In this document: positions 12,701 through 26,352 of the stretch, piece after piece
How positions within the stretch are numbered: position 1 is the first letter of the stretch
Layout: each line of letters begins with the position of its first letter
NCBI RefSeq assembly: GCF_009834535.1
Contig: NC_045696.1
Location: 88,848,001 to 88,912,000 of the forward strand
Source of the DNA: Camelus ferus
Taxonomy: Eukaryota
Direction of reading: 5' to 3'
DNA: 64,000 bases
Position numbers and translations under genes: made by a program
The notes under the pieces: model-generated
Database searches by the model: none
Seen by the model: the letters and a program-made list of their open reading frames with translations, nothing else
What the model was told of the DNA's origin: nothing

Positions 12701-13509
12701 ATAAAAGCAAGAATAAACAAATGGGACCTAATGAAACTTACAAACTTCTGCACAGCAAAGGAAACCAGAAATAAAACAAGAAGAAAACCTACGGAATGGG
12801 AGAAAATTTTTGCAAGTGAAACCGACAAAGGCTTGATCTCCAGAATATATAAGCAGCTCATACGACTCAATAAGAAAAAAATCAACAACCCAATCCAAAA
12901 ATGGGCAGAAGACCTAAACAAGCAATTCTCCAAGGAAGACATACAAATGATCAAAAAGCACATGAAAAAATGCTCAGTATCACTAATTATCAGAGAAATG
13001 CAAATCAAAACTACAATGAGGTATCACCTCACACCAGTCAGAATGGCCGTCATTCAAAAATCCACAAATGACAAATGCTGGAGAGGCTGTGGAGAAAGGG
13101 GAACCCTCCTACACTGCTGGTGGGAATGCAGTTTGGTGCAGCCACTATGGAAAACAGTGTGGAGATTCCTCAAAAGACTAGGAATAGACTTACCATATGA
13201 CCCAGGAATCCCACTCCTGGGCTTGTATCCAGAAGGAAATCTACTTCAGGATGACACCTGCACCCCAATGTTCATAGCAGCACTATTTACAATAGCCAAA
13301 ACATGGAAACAGCCTAAATGTCCATCAACAGGTGACTGGATAAAGAAGAGTGGTATATTTATACAATGGAATACTACTCAGCCATAAAAACCGACAACAT
13401 AATGCCATTTGCAGCAACATGGATGCTCCTGGAGAATGTCATTCTAAGTGAAGTAAGCCAGAAAGAGAAAGAAAAATACCATATGAGATCGCTCATATGT
13501 GGAATCTAA
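9712..13509 (+). pseudogene. L1 ORF2p (APE endonuclease, reverse transcriptase, CCHC) with two 1-nt frameshifts
   Basis: EN motifs NVNGL, IQETH, GDFN, SRIDH, TDHN; RT motifs QGCPLSP and [22 protein letters not shown]. +1 shift in the A7 run at 11513-11519 and -1 shift near 13350; the restored frame ends ...ICGI* at 13509. Confidence 0.95.
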
Positions 13510-14214
13510 AAAACAAAAACAAAAACAAACAAACAAAAAAAAACAAAGCGTAAATAAAGGACAGAAATAGACTCACAGACAGAGAATACAGACTTGTGGT
13601 TACCAGGGGAATGGAGGGTGGGAAGGGATAGACTGGGATTTCAAAATTGTAGAATAGACTACACTGTATAGCACAGAGAAATATACACAAAATGTTATGA
13701 TAACTCACAGAGAAAAAAATGTGACAATGAGTGTGTATATGTCCATGAATAACTGAAAAATTGTGCTGAACACTGGAATTTGACACAACATTGTAAAATG
13801 ATTATAAATCAATAAAAAATGTTAAAAAAAAAAGAAATAAAAGGAATAGTAGAGTAAGAGAGAAAAGAAAATATCACATTTAAAGTGACAAGTGATGTAA
13901 TAAGCCAGGCCACCAAGAGATAGGACAGCCCCTCAAGGTTCCCCCGGTCCTGTCACATTACTGCAGGCCCTCAGGGTTGGCTTTCCAGGAAGACCAATCA
14001 AGGCAACATTATGTTCATCAAAGATTATGCCCTCACACTTCAATTCTTCATTGATAGTCCTGTTACCTCAAATAGTACAAACTGGGACACATGTTAGTTC
14101 AAGTGCATGGCTAAAGTTAACTCCGGCATGAAAATTTTCAGGGTACAGATTAAATACTCTAAGTATTTAGGTTGATACAGTTTTCAAGCACTAACCTTTC
14201 CACGTTTAATTAGT

Positions 14215-14440
14215 TAAGCACAGAATCTGAAATCAGACAGACTTGGCTTCCAATCACAACTGCATTATTTTTTCCTCTATGAACCTGACCAAGTTACCTC
14301 TCACCTTAATTTCTTCATCGTAAATTGGGAGAAAGAATAACTTCTATCTCTCAGGGTTATTGTAAGGAATAAATGAGATATAACACAGCCTAGTACATGG
14401 CACGTGGTTCACACTCAGTAAATAGTAGCTGTTATTATTT
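14215..14440 (+). mobile_element. MIR SINE relic
   Basis: MIR core motifs caagttac...tttcttcatcgtaaa...cagggttattgtaagga...aaatgagata. Confidence 0.75.
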
Positions 14441-14581
14441 TATTATTGGTTATAGGGATAGCAGATGGTTTATATTTGCTTGGCCAAATGGGATTTGTTG
14501 TTAGCAACTGTTTTGAGAGAGAATATAAAGTTGTATCTTGGCCCCATGGGAAACAGTACTATGCTCCATTACCAATGTCTG

Positions 14582-15035
14582 TGTGATAGTTAATTTATGT
14601 GTCAACGCGAGCGGGGAAAGCCCATCCAGATAGCTGGCAAAACATTACTTCAGGGTGTGTTTGTGAGAGTATTTCTGGAAGAGATACATTTGAATCAGTA
14701 AACTGAGTAAAGAAGTTCATCCTTGCCAATGCAGGTGGGCATTATCGAATCCATTGAGGGCCTGATAGAACAAAAAGGCAGAGGAAGGGTTAATTTACTC
14801 TCTGCTTCAGCAGAGATGTCCACCTTCTCCTGCCCTCAGACATCAGATGGGGATTTTACACGATTGGCTCCCTTGGTTCTTAGCCCATTGGCTTTGGAAT
14901 GGACCTGCCTACAGACTGCAGACCACGGGACTTCTTAGCCTCCATGATCACATGAGTCAATCCCTCATAATAAATCTCTTTCTATATTTTATATCTATAA
15001 GTGTTCTGTTTCTCTGGAAAACCCTGACTAATACT
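14582..15035 (+). mobile_element. ERVL solo LTR (MLT2-like)
   Basis: Starts tgtgatagttaatttatgtgtcaac, ends gttctgtttctctggaaaaccctgactaatac; AATAAA near 14969; near-TSD gtctg/gtcta. Confidence 0.85.
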
Positions 15036-16569
15036 GTCTATTATGAGCATAGGAGGGGCATATTCCCGTATTTACCATTCTCAGTTGCTGGTATCAGACA
15101 AAATATGGTTCCCAAGCCTTTAATCCCTCCTCCCAATAGTTGAGGCCACTTGATCCTCTTTTGGAAGCTAACCATAGTCTCAATCCTGGTCTGAGATATC
15201 AAATACTTAAGCAGCTCCAATCCTCCTTTCTAAGACCTAGCACAGTCATCCTAATCGCTAACCTAGTCATAACATGGGATCCTAATTTTAACAACTAGGC
15301 AAATGTCTTTTTAATTTAATTTTATCTTATTTTATTTTTATTTTTATTTTTTTGCCTTTTTAAATAAGTCCCGATTCAGACTGTAAAACCCAGGTCAGGT
15401 AACTAGGATTCTTCCACTCCCCTCTTTTCCTAAAATAGGTATCCTGACTCACATTTGCCATACTCTTTCCAAAATTAGCATCCCTAACCCTCGGACTCTA
15501 ACTTTCAGTATAAAGCTCTCTTAATAACTGAGTAACTTCTGTATTTTTCATCAGTTTTCTATCCAACTACATGTTGGGACACCTTGCTCCAGCCTTTACT
15601 GAATTCTTGCCAAGTCAAAAATATACACATAAGTTTGCATAAAAATATTTACAGGAATCTCAGGATGAAATGTAAATACCCAGAAGTAAAGAAGATCTAA
15701 AGTTCACAGAAAGATTATAGGATGTTTGACTTTCTCTTGAATAATATGGAAATTTTTAAAACACTTGACAGATTGACAGAAATCAAATGTATCAAAAAAT
15801 ACGTTTCTTTATGCTAGGAATTAGACAAATACACCTTAATTGCCGTGTGCCAAGCACTGTGCCAGGTAGTGGTCACAGAGGCTACTGAGAGGCCTAGTGG
15901 AAGAATCTTAGGTTGAGGGAGCCTTCCCAGGGCTGCTATGTGGTACTGAGTCTGAGGCCCAGTGAGACATGCTGATGAGAGGCAAAGAGTAACCCATTAT
16001 CCTCCAGGATTTGGATCTTTTCTGGAGAGTCCGGATTCCCTTCATAGAAGCCACAGCTTTCTCTTCCATCAAAATACTCCTCCTGTGGAGTGCTGCTTCC
16101 CTAGGGGTTTGGGCAAAAGGGCTCTGAACAGAATCTTGATACCTTCTCTGTTTCAGCTACCCTCCAGAGTTCCTATTTCTGGGTGGAAGAGTGCCTCCAT
16201 TCCTTGGACCATGTGGTGGACCTAGCTGGCCAATATTAGCCAGTTTGATGACCTGACCAAGCTTGTGCCCAGATCATTTTATTAGCTTCTTGCTTTTCCC
16301 CGGATGTTTACTGATGATTTTCTCTCCCACCCACATCTAAGTGATCTCCAGAGTCCTATCATTACAGACTCATAATAACCCAATATCTGACATAGCCTAC
16401 TGAAATAACAGATATAAGTTTCACTAAGGAAAGAGAAAGGACTTTTCTCTCAGCTATGGTCCAGAAGACCAAATAAATAAATTTGTAATAGAGAAATGTC
16501 ATGAAATATTAATTTAAATAACATCCAGGGAGCCCCCAAATATAAGACAGTCATCCAGGGATCCCAAGT

Positions 16570-16920
16570 CAGAGGGAAAGGCAAGGAAATTTGTAGATGA
16601 CATGATTGTCTACCTAGAAAACAGAGAACTGGATGATCAGCTAAGTCTTACATTCTGGCCAGACACTAGATCATACAAAGATAAGTAGAATTCCTCTTAG
16701 TTAGCAAAAACTGAGAAAAATCCCATTCTCAATAGCAATAAAAGCTGTAAAAAGCCTAGGAATAAACTCAATAATGCATGCACAATGCCTGTATGAAGAA
16801 AATGTTAAATCTTTACTGCTGGTCTTAAAAAATACCAAATAAAGGAAGAGAAACAACATTGTGAAAATGCCAGTTCACTCCTAAATTAATCTGTGAGATA
16901 AATTCAATCCCAATCAAAAA
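16570..16920 (+). mobile_element. Old L1 ORF2 RT-region relic
   Basis: tttgtagatgacatgattgtctacctagaaaac translates FVDDMIVYLEN (FADD-like); the rest is degenerate. Confidence 0.7.
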
Positions 16921-17084
16921 TCAATCAGTAACACGTATCTGTAGAACATTTAATTATAAGTCAGATACTATTTTAAGTATTGGAGGTACAGTGGCGAGTG
17001 ACACGGACAGAGTCCCTGCTCTCAAGTTTACATTCTAATGCAAAGTGGCGAGGGGGAGATAAATGTATAAACACATAAACAAGA

Positions 17085-17370
17085 TGCAGAGTTTCTTTCT
17101 TCATTCTGGGACCTAGGCTAATGGAGCAGCCGCTACCATGAACATTGCTGATCACTGTGATGTAGGGGAAAGAGCTCTGAAGAATCTTTCATAGTCAATT
17201 ACATGTTCGGGGCCAGAAGTGCACCTACCACTTCTACTCACAACTCATTGTCCAGAATGGGTTTCATGATCCCATGTGACCACAAGGAGGCAGGAAGGGC
17301 TATCCTACTGTGCACCAAAAAGGGAGCAAACCAGATCTATTTGGCAAACAGTGTGAATAAATACCTCACC
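17085..17370 (-). mobile_element. Old MaLR LTR fragment (MLT1J/K-like)
   Basis: Motifs gggacctaggctaatggagcagcc, cttctactcacaactcattgtccaga, caaggaggcaggaag. Confidence 0.55.
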
Positions 17371-17522
17371 CTATTGATGTTCTGATATTTTTGGTTTTTT
17401 TTTTAATTAGATTTAATTTTAGTGTCTGGAATTTCTTTTTGAACAGTACATCTGGTTTCCAAATGTACAGTAAATCTTTTCAATACTATTGATTTAAAAG
17501 ACATCTATTTGTTTATATATAT

Positions 17523-17906
17523 TTTTATTGAAGTAGAGTCAGTTTACAATGTTGTGTCAATTTCTGGTGTACAGTGTAGTGATTCAGTTATACATATACA
17601 TTCTTTTTCATATTCTTTCCCATTATAGGTTATTACAAGATAGTGAATATAGTTCCCTGTGCTATATAGTAAAACCTGTTGTTTACTTATTTTATATATA
17701 GTGGTATATATATGTTAATCCCAAACTCCCAATTTATCCCTCCCCAAGCCCCTTGCCCTTTGGTAACAAAAAGTTTATTTTCTGCTTCTGTTTTGTAAAT
17801 AGTCTGACTTACTTCACCTAATATGATAATCTCTAGGTCCATCCATGTTGCTGCAAATAGCATTATTTTATTCTTTTTATGGCTGAATAGTATTCCATTG
17901 CATGCG

Positions 17907-17947
<41 letters not shown>

Positions 17948-18358
17948 ATATATATAAAAGAAGAAGTTGTGTATATATATCTAGTCATCTATTGATGGAC
18001 GTTTAGGTTGCTTCCCTGTCTTGGCTATTATAAATAGTGCTGCTGTTAACATTGGGGTGCATGTATCTTTTTGAATTAGTTTTCTCCAGATATATGCCCA
18101 GGAGTGGGATTGCTGAATCATATGGCAACTCCATTTTTAGTTTTTTAAGGAATCTCCACACTGTTTTCCATAGTGGCTGCACCAAACTACAATCACACCA
18201 ACAGTGTAGGAGGGTTCCCTTTTCTCCACACCCTCTCCAGCATTTATCGTTTGTGAACTTTTAAATGATGGCCATTCTGACCGCGTTGTAGTTTTGATTT
18301 GCATATCTCTGATAATTAGTGATATTGAGCATCTTTTCATGTGACTGTTTACCATTTG
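17523..18358 (-). mobile_element. 5'-truncated L1 (ORF2 C-terminus and 3'UTR) with internal (TA)n
   Basis: Minus-strand [31 protein letters not shown]1 3'UTR; (TA)n at about 17910-17944. Confidence 0.9.
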
Positions 18359-19229
18359 TTCCATTAATTTCTGTATTCAATTATTATAATTTTAATGTGT
18401 ATAAATTCTGTTTGGTTCTACAAATCTGTGTGGTCCATTCTGATGGTTTATAGTTTGGCATTCTTCCAATAATCTTAAAATTTTTTTCTTTAAATACATC
18501 AAATACGCCTATATTTTATTCTGTACCAGACCATTTCATTATTTGAAGACTTTAATGCCTGACTCCGCAGTGTGTTAGTTCTGCTCTTTCCTCACGTATC
18601 TAAAGTTACATTCCTTGAAAATGTATATGTGGATTTGAGTTTAACAACTGTTCTTTTGAGGAGGGTCTGGATTTGCTTCCTCTAGGTATTAGGAATGCTA
18701 CCAACTACACTTTTGGCTTGCAGCTTATTTGGAATGTATAAGTAGTATGAATTCCAGTTCTAAACACATGTGAAAGTAAGCTTATGATTAAGAATTCTCA
18801 GGCCTTTTTCCTCTTTGTTCAGCGCTGCCCAGAGCCCAGGTGAGACTGGTAGATATCACCACTAATAGTCAGGTGGGTAAGATTTTTCTAATTCACCTAC
18901 TGAAAGTCATCCTTGAAGGTACTCTATTCTAATTCCCACCTTACATTGGGTCCATTAAAACTCAGGCTGCTGGCCACTAAAGATCACATAAACACCCAGG
19001 GCTTTGTCTGACCCTACAGATTTTGCTTTCTTTTTCCCCAGCCTCTGAAGAAGTCCCCTTATTTTTAACCAGCTCAGCCTCAGACAAACATATAAAAATG
19101 TTTATTTGATTTTTTTGTTTATTTGTTTTAATGTTTTATACTGCATTTTTACTTCTGCTATACTGGGAAGGATTTTACTTAAGATGTAGTTCATCATATG
19201 ACTAGAAATTGTTTAAATTTTTAGGGAGA

Positions 19230-21110
19230 ATGTACTCATATTTTAGAATTTTAGTTAAAAACATTCAAAATATATTAAAATATTAGAAGAAAATATTGAA
19301 GAATATATCAGTAACCTTGGTGATATATGGTTTTCTTAAGCTAAAATTCTCCAAATTGTAAAACCTAAAAAGAATGGATATTGGTTAATATATTTAGTAG
19401 ATAAGCATTTAAAATTTTTGTATAAGAACAGCACCTTAAACAAAATCAAAAGACCAAAAAAGCTAGAGGAAATATTAATAATATAATGAAAGTTTCATAT
19501 ACATAATACATCATGAATTCATAGAGGTCAATAAAAAAAACACACAGACAAATTAGAAAATGAGCAAAGGATATGAACAGATAGTTCATAGGAGGATATA
19601 CAAACAGCCAAATCTTATGTAAAATTATGCTGAATGTCACTGGTCATCAGAGAAATATACACTAAAGCAGTAAGAGAGCATTTTTCACCCATCAGATGAC
19701 AGCTGATAGTATGTTAGACTCAGTCACTATTAGTGGGAGTATAAATTGATACCTGCCTTTTGGAGGGTAGTTTGGCAATATATTAAAATTTAAAATATAT
19801 TATTTGGGGGAATTTTGAGCCAATGGTTAGAGGATATACTCACTCCTGCCAAAACCTCAGCAATTAGTAGTTTCTTTATATAAATCAGTGAGAAAGTTCA
19901 GAACTGCAAGAGACAGATGTTAGAAAAGTGTTTTAGAAAAGTCACTTTATTTCCCTCTCAAGATAATAAGTGCTCAGATAATACTCATTCTGATTTCTTA
20001 CCAGTCAGATGGTAAGGTTTTCCACATTAACTGTTGAACTGTGTCCATGGAGCAGATAAAAGTCTTGAGGTCTGTCACCTTGGCTATGACCTGGTGACTC
20101 TGATTCTCTTGATATGATCCACCTTCCCCTTCTTGAACAAGATGATAGTCAATAATGACTAATAACATTTTCTTTCTCATTTTGAGTACTGAAGTTAGCT
20201 TCCTCTGTTCATTGACAGAGGTATCACAAAGTAGCAGGCATGCAAAATTTCTTTAGACATAATGTAAATGTTGGGAAAGGGCTTGGAAGGATACTTTCCA
20301 TTACTGCTATGCAGCAGGGGAAGATAGCCACGGGGTGTCAAAGGAAAATTAAAGGACATCATATGGTCTATCTATGGTCATACAATGTACATAAATTATC
20401 TCCTTAGACTGGAACAATTCAAGTCTTGCTATGTTATTCTGCCCCAGTATATTTTAGCAAGCCTATTTAGTTTATAAGCAAGGAAACATTGTATGGCAAA
20501 TGGCCAAGAAAGCCTCTTCCTCAAGACTGTCCCCAGTACCGAATGTACCCTTTAACCCACTAAGTGAACCTCTAGGGATCTATCATAAAAAACATTTGTA
20601 TGTGTGTCCGAAGAAGCATGTAAATAAATGGATGTTCATTGTTTATAACAGTGAAAAATTGCAACGGCTTTTATGATCATCAATAGAGAACAAGCTAAAT
20701 ACATTTAAAATGTATTTTGGTTCCTCTGTGCTACAGAATACTTTGCAGCAGCTAAAAGAAGAACAAGGGAGATGTATGCATATTGACATAAAAGGATATC
20801 AGGCTATTAAGTGGGCAAAAAAGCAAGTTGCCAAACAGTACACAACAGCAAAAAATCATTTAGGTTAAGTATGTATGTTAGTATATATAATATGTTAGAA
20901 ATAATATATTAATATACACACATATATATCTATTTTAGTAGGCATATATAAAAATATGTGGGAAAGGGGTTAGAAGTTATTCCCACACTGCTATGCAATG
21001 GAGGAGATGGCCATGCAGTAGTAATTGGTAATTAATAATTTCTTTATATTATTTTATCATGTTATACTGAGAATATCTTCATGTACTTGGGTAATTAAAC
21101 AATTTAAAAA
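19230..21110 (+). mobile_element. Fragmented old L1ME ORF2/3'UTR relics
   Basis: Degenerate L1 motifs at about 19550-19800 and 20560-21110, interrupted by unassigned sequence. Confidence 0.55.
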
Positions 21111-22233
21111 AGTAATTTGTTCTTACAAAGAAGAGGAGAGATTGATTAAGATTAAAGGAGCTAGAGGAGGATGCTTGACCTTGTGTCCAGGTCAGCAAGG
21201 ATAAGAGGTTAAGAGAAAGTCTGAGGTGAGGATCTGAGGGGAAAACTTATTCTCTTTCTGCATTAATTTTGTTTCATTCCAAAATATTGTGCATCTGCTA
21301 TATACTGGTACTGAGCAAGGGAATATTCAGAGATGAAAGTTGTAATGTCCTGCTCTCCAGAGGCTCACAAAGCAGTAAACAGCTATTCATGATGAAGTGA
21401 GATGAGCAGTAAGACCCAGTTATGCCTGATGAATCAGAAAAGTTCAAAGGATAGGAGAAGCCACCCATGTGCACCCAAGTACAAGAGTTGGCTTTGTGGT
21501 CTTCCACTGTCCCCCAGTGACCACTATGTATCCTGCCATGGTTGGAAACCAAGACTGATCCTGGGTGTGCCGTGTGCATTACACCAGGAATTAAAGGACT
21601 TCTACCAAAGTAAGAGCAATGTTGAGGGTGGACAAAAAGGTCTCTTCCATAGGTGACAAAACTTTGAGCTATAATGACATGGACAGCAGAGTTTTAGTAC
21701 CTTTAACCATCTTTATCTACCATTACCATACAGTTTCTGTGATACTCTCAATTTCTTTAACAGAGTATAATATCATTAAAGATCTGAAATTTTTAATGCA
21801 AATGCTTACTGAAAGCTATTCACACTAAAATACACATAATCAATCTGTAAGCAATAAATATGGAACAAATTAATGAATGACCAAATAAATGAAATCAGAT
21901 TCTCCTGAGTTTTGATAAAATGGGGAAAGGAAAAAAGTAACTGCTATAGCAGATTGACATGATATTTCATTTTCCCTACTTCCCTTTTGTTCTGTGACCT
22001 CTCAACTTCAGGCAGCAGAGGGTGGCTGCTTCTATGGCCTTGGGGAAGGAAGATCACGACAGAGAACAGAGAACTAAAGAGTCCATTTTCACTCAGCTTT
22101 TGAGTTTAAAATTTTACAAATTCCTGGCACAGACAGTAGACTAAGAGAAAGTTTTTACAGATCAAAAGCTAAAACTGATGCATAAACATCTGATTTTAAA
22201 AGAAGCCATGCTATCGGAATGAGGTTTCCTTCC

Positions 22234-22619
22234 TATGTTAGTCTGCTAGGGCTGCCAAAACAGAATACCATAGACCAGGTGGCTAAAACAGCAGAAACGG
22301 ATTTTTCATAGTTGTGGAGGCTGCAGTCCAGTATTAGGGTGCCGCCAGTGTTGGTTTCTGTGAGGCTTCTCTTCCTGGCTTAGAAGCTGATGCCTTCTCA
22401 CTGTGTCCTCACGTGGTCTTTCTTCTGTCTGTGCCTTCCTGGTGACTCTTCTTCCTCTTATGTGGACACAAATCCTAGTGGATTAGAGCTCCACCCTAAT
22501 GACCTCATTAAACACTAATTGCCCCCTTAAAGGTCCTAAATCCAAATACAGTCACATTGCAGGTTAGGGCTACAGATATGAATTTGGGTGGTGGGGGAGA
22601 CACAATTCAGTCTATAATA
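22234..22619 (-). mobile_element. MaLR solo LTR (MLT1A-like)
   Basis: ttagtctgctagggctgcc...ccaaatacagtcacatt...gacacaattcagtc; 5-bp TSD cttcc at 22229-22233 and 22620-22624. Confidence 0.9.
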
Positions 22620-22639
22620 CTTCCTTAAAACTTCTTAGA

Positions 22640-22950
22640 TGAGCTCTGTCCAAACAAAATATAATGTAATTTAAAATATTCCCATAGCCATATTTTTTTA
22701 AGTAAAAAGAAAAGGTAAAATCAATTTTAGTACTATCTTATATTTAATTCAACATATCCAGGATTTTATCATTTCAACAGGTATATAAGCTGTACTAAAA
22801 ATATTAATGTGAATTTTACAATCTTTTCTTCTAAGTCTTTGAGATTGGTGTGCATTTTCACTTTCAGTATACCTCTTTTTGGACTAGCCATATTTCAAGA
22901 GCTCAGTAGCCACATAAGACTAGTGGACACTGAAATGTTAGATAATCTGC
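22640..22950. mobile_element. hAT-Charlie DNA transposon (MER33-like)
   Basis: ctgtccaa...ggactagccatatttcaagagctcagtagccacat motifs typical of MER3/MER33. Confidence 0.75.
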
Positions 22951-25900
22951 AAGCTGAAGCTAGAGTCAAATAAGAGAGCAGGAGAGAGTGGCTCAGGATA
23001 GGCTGAGGCCCCAGGAGCAGGGGGTTGAGGGGGAGTCGTGATGACTGATAGAATCCTCTTGGAGGCTTGGGGATCTGAGAGTAGAGTGACCTGTATTCAC
23101 TTCTCAGTTGGGGCCAAGGGAAACAGGAAAGGGTAGAAATAACAACCAGCTGTGTCTAAAACAGCCCCCCAAGTCTCCAGAGTGGCACAGGAGGACATCC
23201 AAGTTTCTCGATCCCTAAGAGAGGTGAAGACGTGGCTCGAGGGGCATCACCACAGTTCAGATGAGGCGCTGCCAGCACTAGGACTAATGACTGGGGACAA
23301 CGGGAGCGTGGATGTGAGCGGTGAATGTCAGCCTGAAGGGGGTGTTGTTGAACCTGCCACTTCACCCATGTCCCCTAGAACTTAGATGCCATTCTGGGGA
23401 GATGGCAGGTGTAGGGGAGGGGAAACTCTAAATTCATAGAATTTATCAGAAATGATGAAAAAAACTCAGAAGTAAGCTTATCTGCAATCTACTGATGTAT
23501 ATTTCTGCTGTCAGGCAGAACAGAAGCTTGAAATAGCAACTTAAGTTCAGTGATAGCTTTTATTTAATGTATTTATTTTACAGTAGCAGTGATAGCTTTT
23601 CAAGTTCAGTTTTGTGAAATGAAAACATAACTCTGGCTAACCCCAACTCTGTGCAAAGGGGAGCAGTAACTACCAAGAGGGTGAAAGGGTCAAGGTTCCC
23701 TCAAAGCACAGCCAGGGCTTTAAAGCCATCTGCTAGGGAAGTCTCCACCAAGGACCCACACCCAGCCCAGCAGAGGGAGTGTTGACCTAGGAGGAACCCC
23801 AGGACACTTTGTGTACGTAATTTATTCTGATCTTCCTTGTTTCTTTTTATACCTTATTTCTTCCCTACTGTCTCCATATTGATCCCCAGAAATAATTGTC
23901 CTTTCCTCTTTGTGGGTGCCCTGGGAGAACAGGAAATTAGAGTTGTGAAACTACTGGAATTTAGTGCCCTGAGGTCAGAGACAGTACACAACAGAAAACA
24001 AAACACTTCTCAGTCTAACTCTTCAGTAGATTTGATTGGTGTCTCCAACTCACACTCCCGGCTTAAGAGATTCCCAGTTTGGTGGCTGCTTATTTTCTCC
24101 CTGGCACAGACCTTATTAAGCCCTTTTCGCCGGGCTGGGCTCCAACCTGGGCTCTGTGGTGTGGCTTTCTCCCACCAGGAAGTAAAACTTCTTCCTGCCC
24201 AGCCCCTCCTGTGGTTGTCTTTGTGGGCAGCTTTGCTGTTTGCTCCTCGGTATCCCATATCCCTCCTCCACATGCATATCCTCATGCAACAATGAAGAAA
24301 TCATAAAGCAGCAGCAGTCCTGCCCTGTGTGTCAACCACTCATGGGAGGACTTCTTTTTTTCCTTAAGTTGTAGAAAGACAGCGTTTTGGACCTAGAGAG
24401 ACTTTAATGGTTATATAATTTTATGTACCTGCTAATAGTCAGGATTTTGAGACTTTATTCATTTGTTTGTTTATTTTGGAAATTCTCAAAAGGGCTATTA
24501 ATGAAGACATCTCTGTAAAAAGTAGCTTAGAGAGGAAAGTCATGCCCAGGACTGTCACTGTTGAGAAGACAGTAAAATCCAGGTCAGCTCAAAACCTGGA
24601 GCTCCCAGCAATCAGTGACACAATAATCAGGGCACTGGTAATAAGAAAGTCATAACTAGACCAATGTGGAGTGGAATCTTTTACCTTTCTGTGATTAGGT
24701 TCAAGCAAATATGCCCTTAAGGATTGGCTGAGACCACAAGCAATATTAAAATAAATAAATCTGCAGGTAAAATTATGAAATTAGAGGACCAATTTGAAAG
24801 ACACCAAAATAAGTAAAGTCAACTAGAGTAAGTAATTCTATATCCACACAATGTTGGAAATTCACACTGCCATTGCTGAGTGAGCGTAATACAGCATTTT
24901 CCTCCAAATGCCAGCAACTGCACTCTATATTAGCTAAGTAAGTTTCCAATCCTAGGAAATCCATTCAAACATGACAGTAATGAGTGAGCAGTTTTTAAAT
25001 ATCTACTCTGTATATTGTGTTCTAATAATGTTCAGGGCTTGTAACCGTCAAAGCATTTTATAAGCACTTGATAAAATATCCTTCACCATTTACCTGATTC
25101 TAAAAATATCATTATAACACTTTATGGGTGATGACGCGATACACAGACATCAGTGACTCATCATCAGGAGAGCCAGGATTTGCACCCAGTCATTCTGGGT
25201 CTTCAGTCCAGGGACTACTTCATGTGGACAACCTCATTTTCTCTGCCAAGAGATAAGTCGATTAATCTGATGGCAGAAACATTATTTTACTAATTTTATT
25301 TTTTTCTCAATTGATTCTATAAAGACTGAAGTACATCACAGTGGATTCATCCAATAGAAATGTTTGAATTTATGTTTATTTGCATTTTAGATATATATGT
25401 TAAATTTCTCAGCTGCATAAATTTATTTCCACTTGTTCTGGATTTCTCAAGAAACCTGACCTTACATAAATATTTTTAAAGTGGTAATTTAATTCAAAAG
25501 ATTAAATAAAACTATTTAAACAAAATATCATCATAATTAATTTTAAGAAAACATCCTTAAAGGAAAGTTCAGAGAAAAATCAGTTGCAAAATGGGCTGCC
25601 AATATTTAAGTAATGACCTCATCTTCCGAAATTTCTAAATTATATTTCAGGAAAATTAATAAATATCTGTAAAAGTATTAATTAATCTAAAAATTATTAT
25701 TCAGATTCTACCTAATAAAATATACTAGTGCTTCTGTTACTAGAGTTTTATTTTCTGATTCTAAATGTACATGATGACACAGCTTCTTAAAATCTGCTGG
25801 TGTTTCATTTCCTTTGTAGCTATCAAAATAATTGTCAAGTTATCATATGACCTCACAGAAAATTTTAAATAAAGTTGGCAATTCATGTATAATATAATTC

Positions 25901-26352
25901 TGGGGAGCCTGCTTATTAACTACAAATTTGAAGCATCATGAAATCAAATACAAAATGCCAGAGTCTTACTTATTAGCCATAAAGAAAAGATTTACTACCT
26001 TATCTCAACAGTATAATTTTTAATCCAAACCAAAGACACATTCAGCTTAGTCATGAGAAAGGTTAAAAGACGGAAGTTCCTCTTGCCAAGAGTGAACAGT
26101 AAAATGAATCAAGAAATATTGATTTAATAATGGAGACCAATGTTCAGGTGGATCTGACTAGAAGTCAAAAGACAATTTCTGTTTATGAGGAGAGGGGCAA
26201 CTTTTCTCTTACACTTATTTAGCATCAAGCTTTATGTTAACACAAAAATTTTAGAGAGCAAGCCAAAGTGATAGCAAGGAAGTCTGTTGTACTTAAAATA
26301 TCATTGTGTCTCTCATTTTGAAATCAGTGTAAAAATTAAAGAGAAGAATGAA

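Larger units (their letters stand above)
6721..13832 (+). mobile_element. Full-length young LINE-1 (~7.1 kb)
   Basis: 12-bp TSD agaaataaaagg at 6709-6720 and 13833-13844; CpG-rich 5'UTR, ORF1, ORF2, 3'UTR with AATAAA (13811) and A tail. Confidence 0.97.

Noticed and set aside
8507..13786. Hydrophobic antisense ORFs opposite L1 ORF1/ORF2 (also in copies A, B and D)
   Set aside because: A known by-product of A-rich L1 codon usage; not independent genes.
15990..16120. Open frames with acceptor-like sites on both strands
   Set aside because: No good donor site on either strand; peptides not recognised.
23837..24306. 152-aa ORF and overlapping ORFs in a locally GC-richer patch
   Set aside because: TTG start, no domain similarity; could be regulatory (one CAGGAAGT ETS motif) but unsupported.
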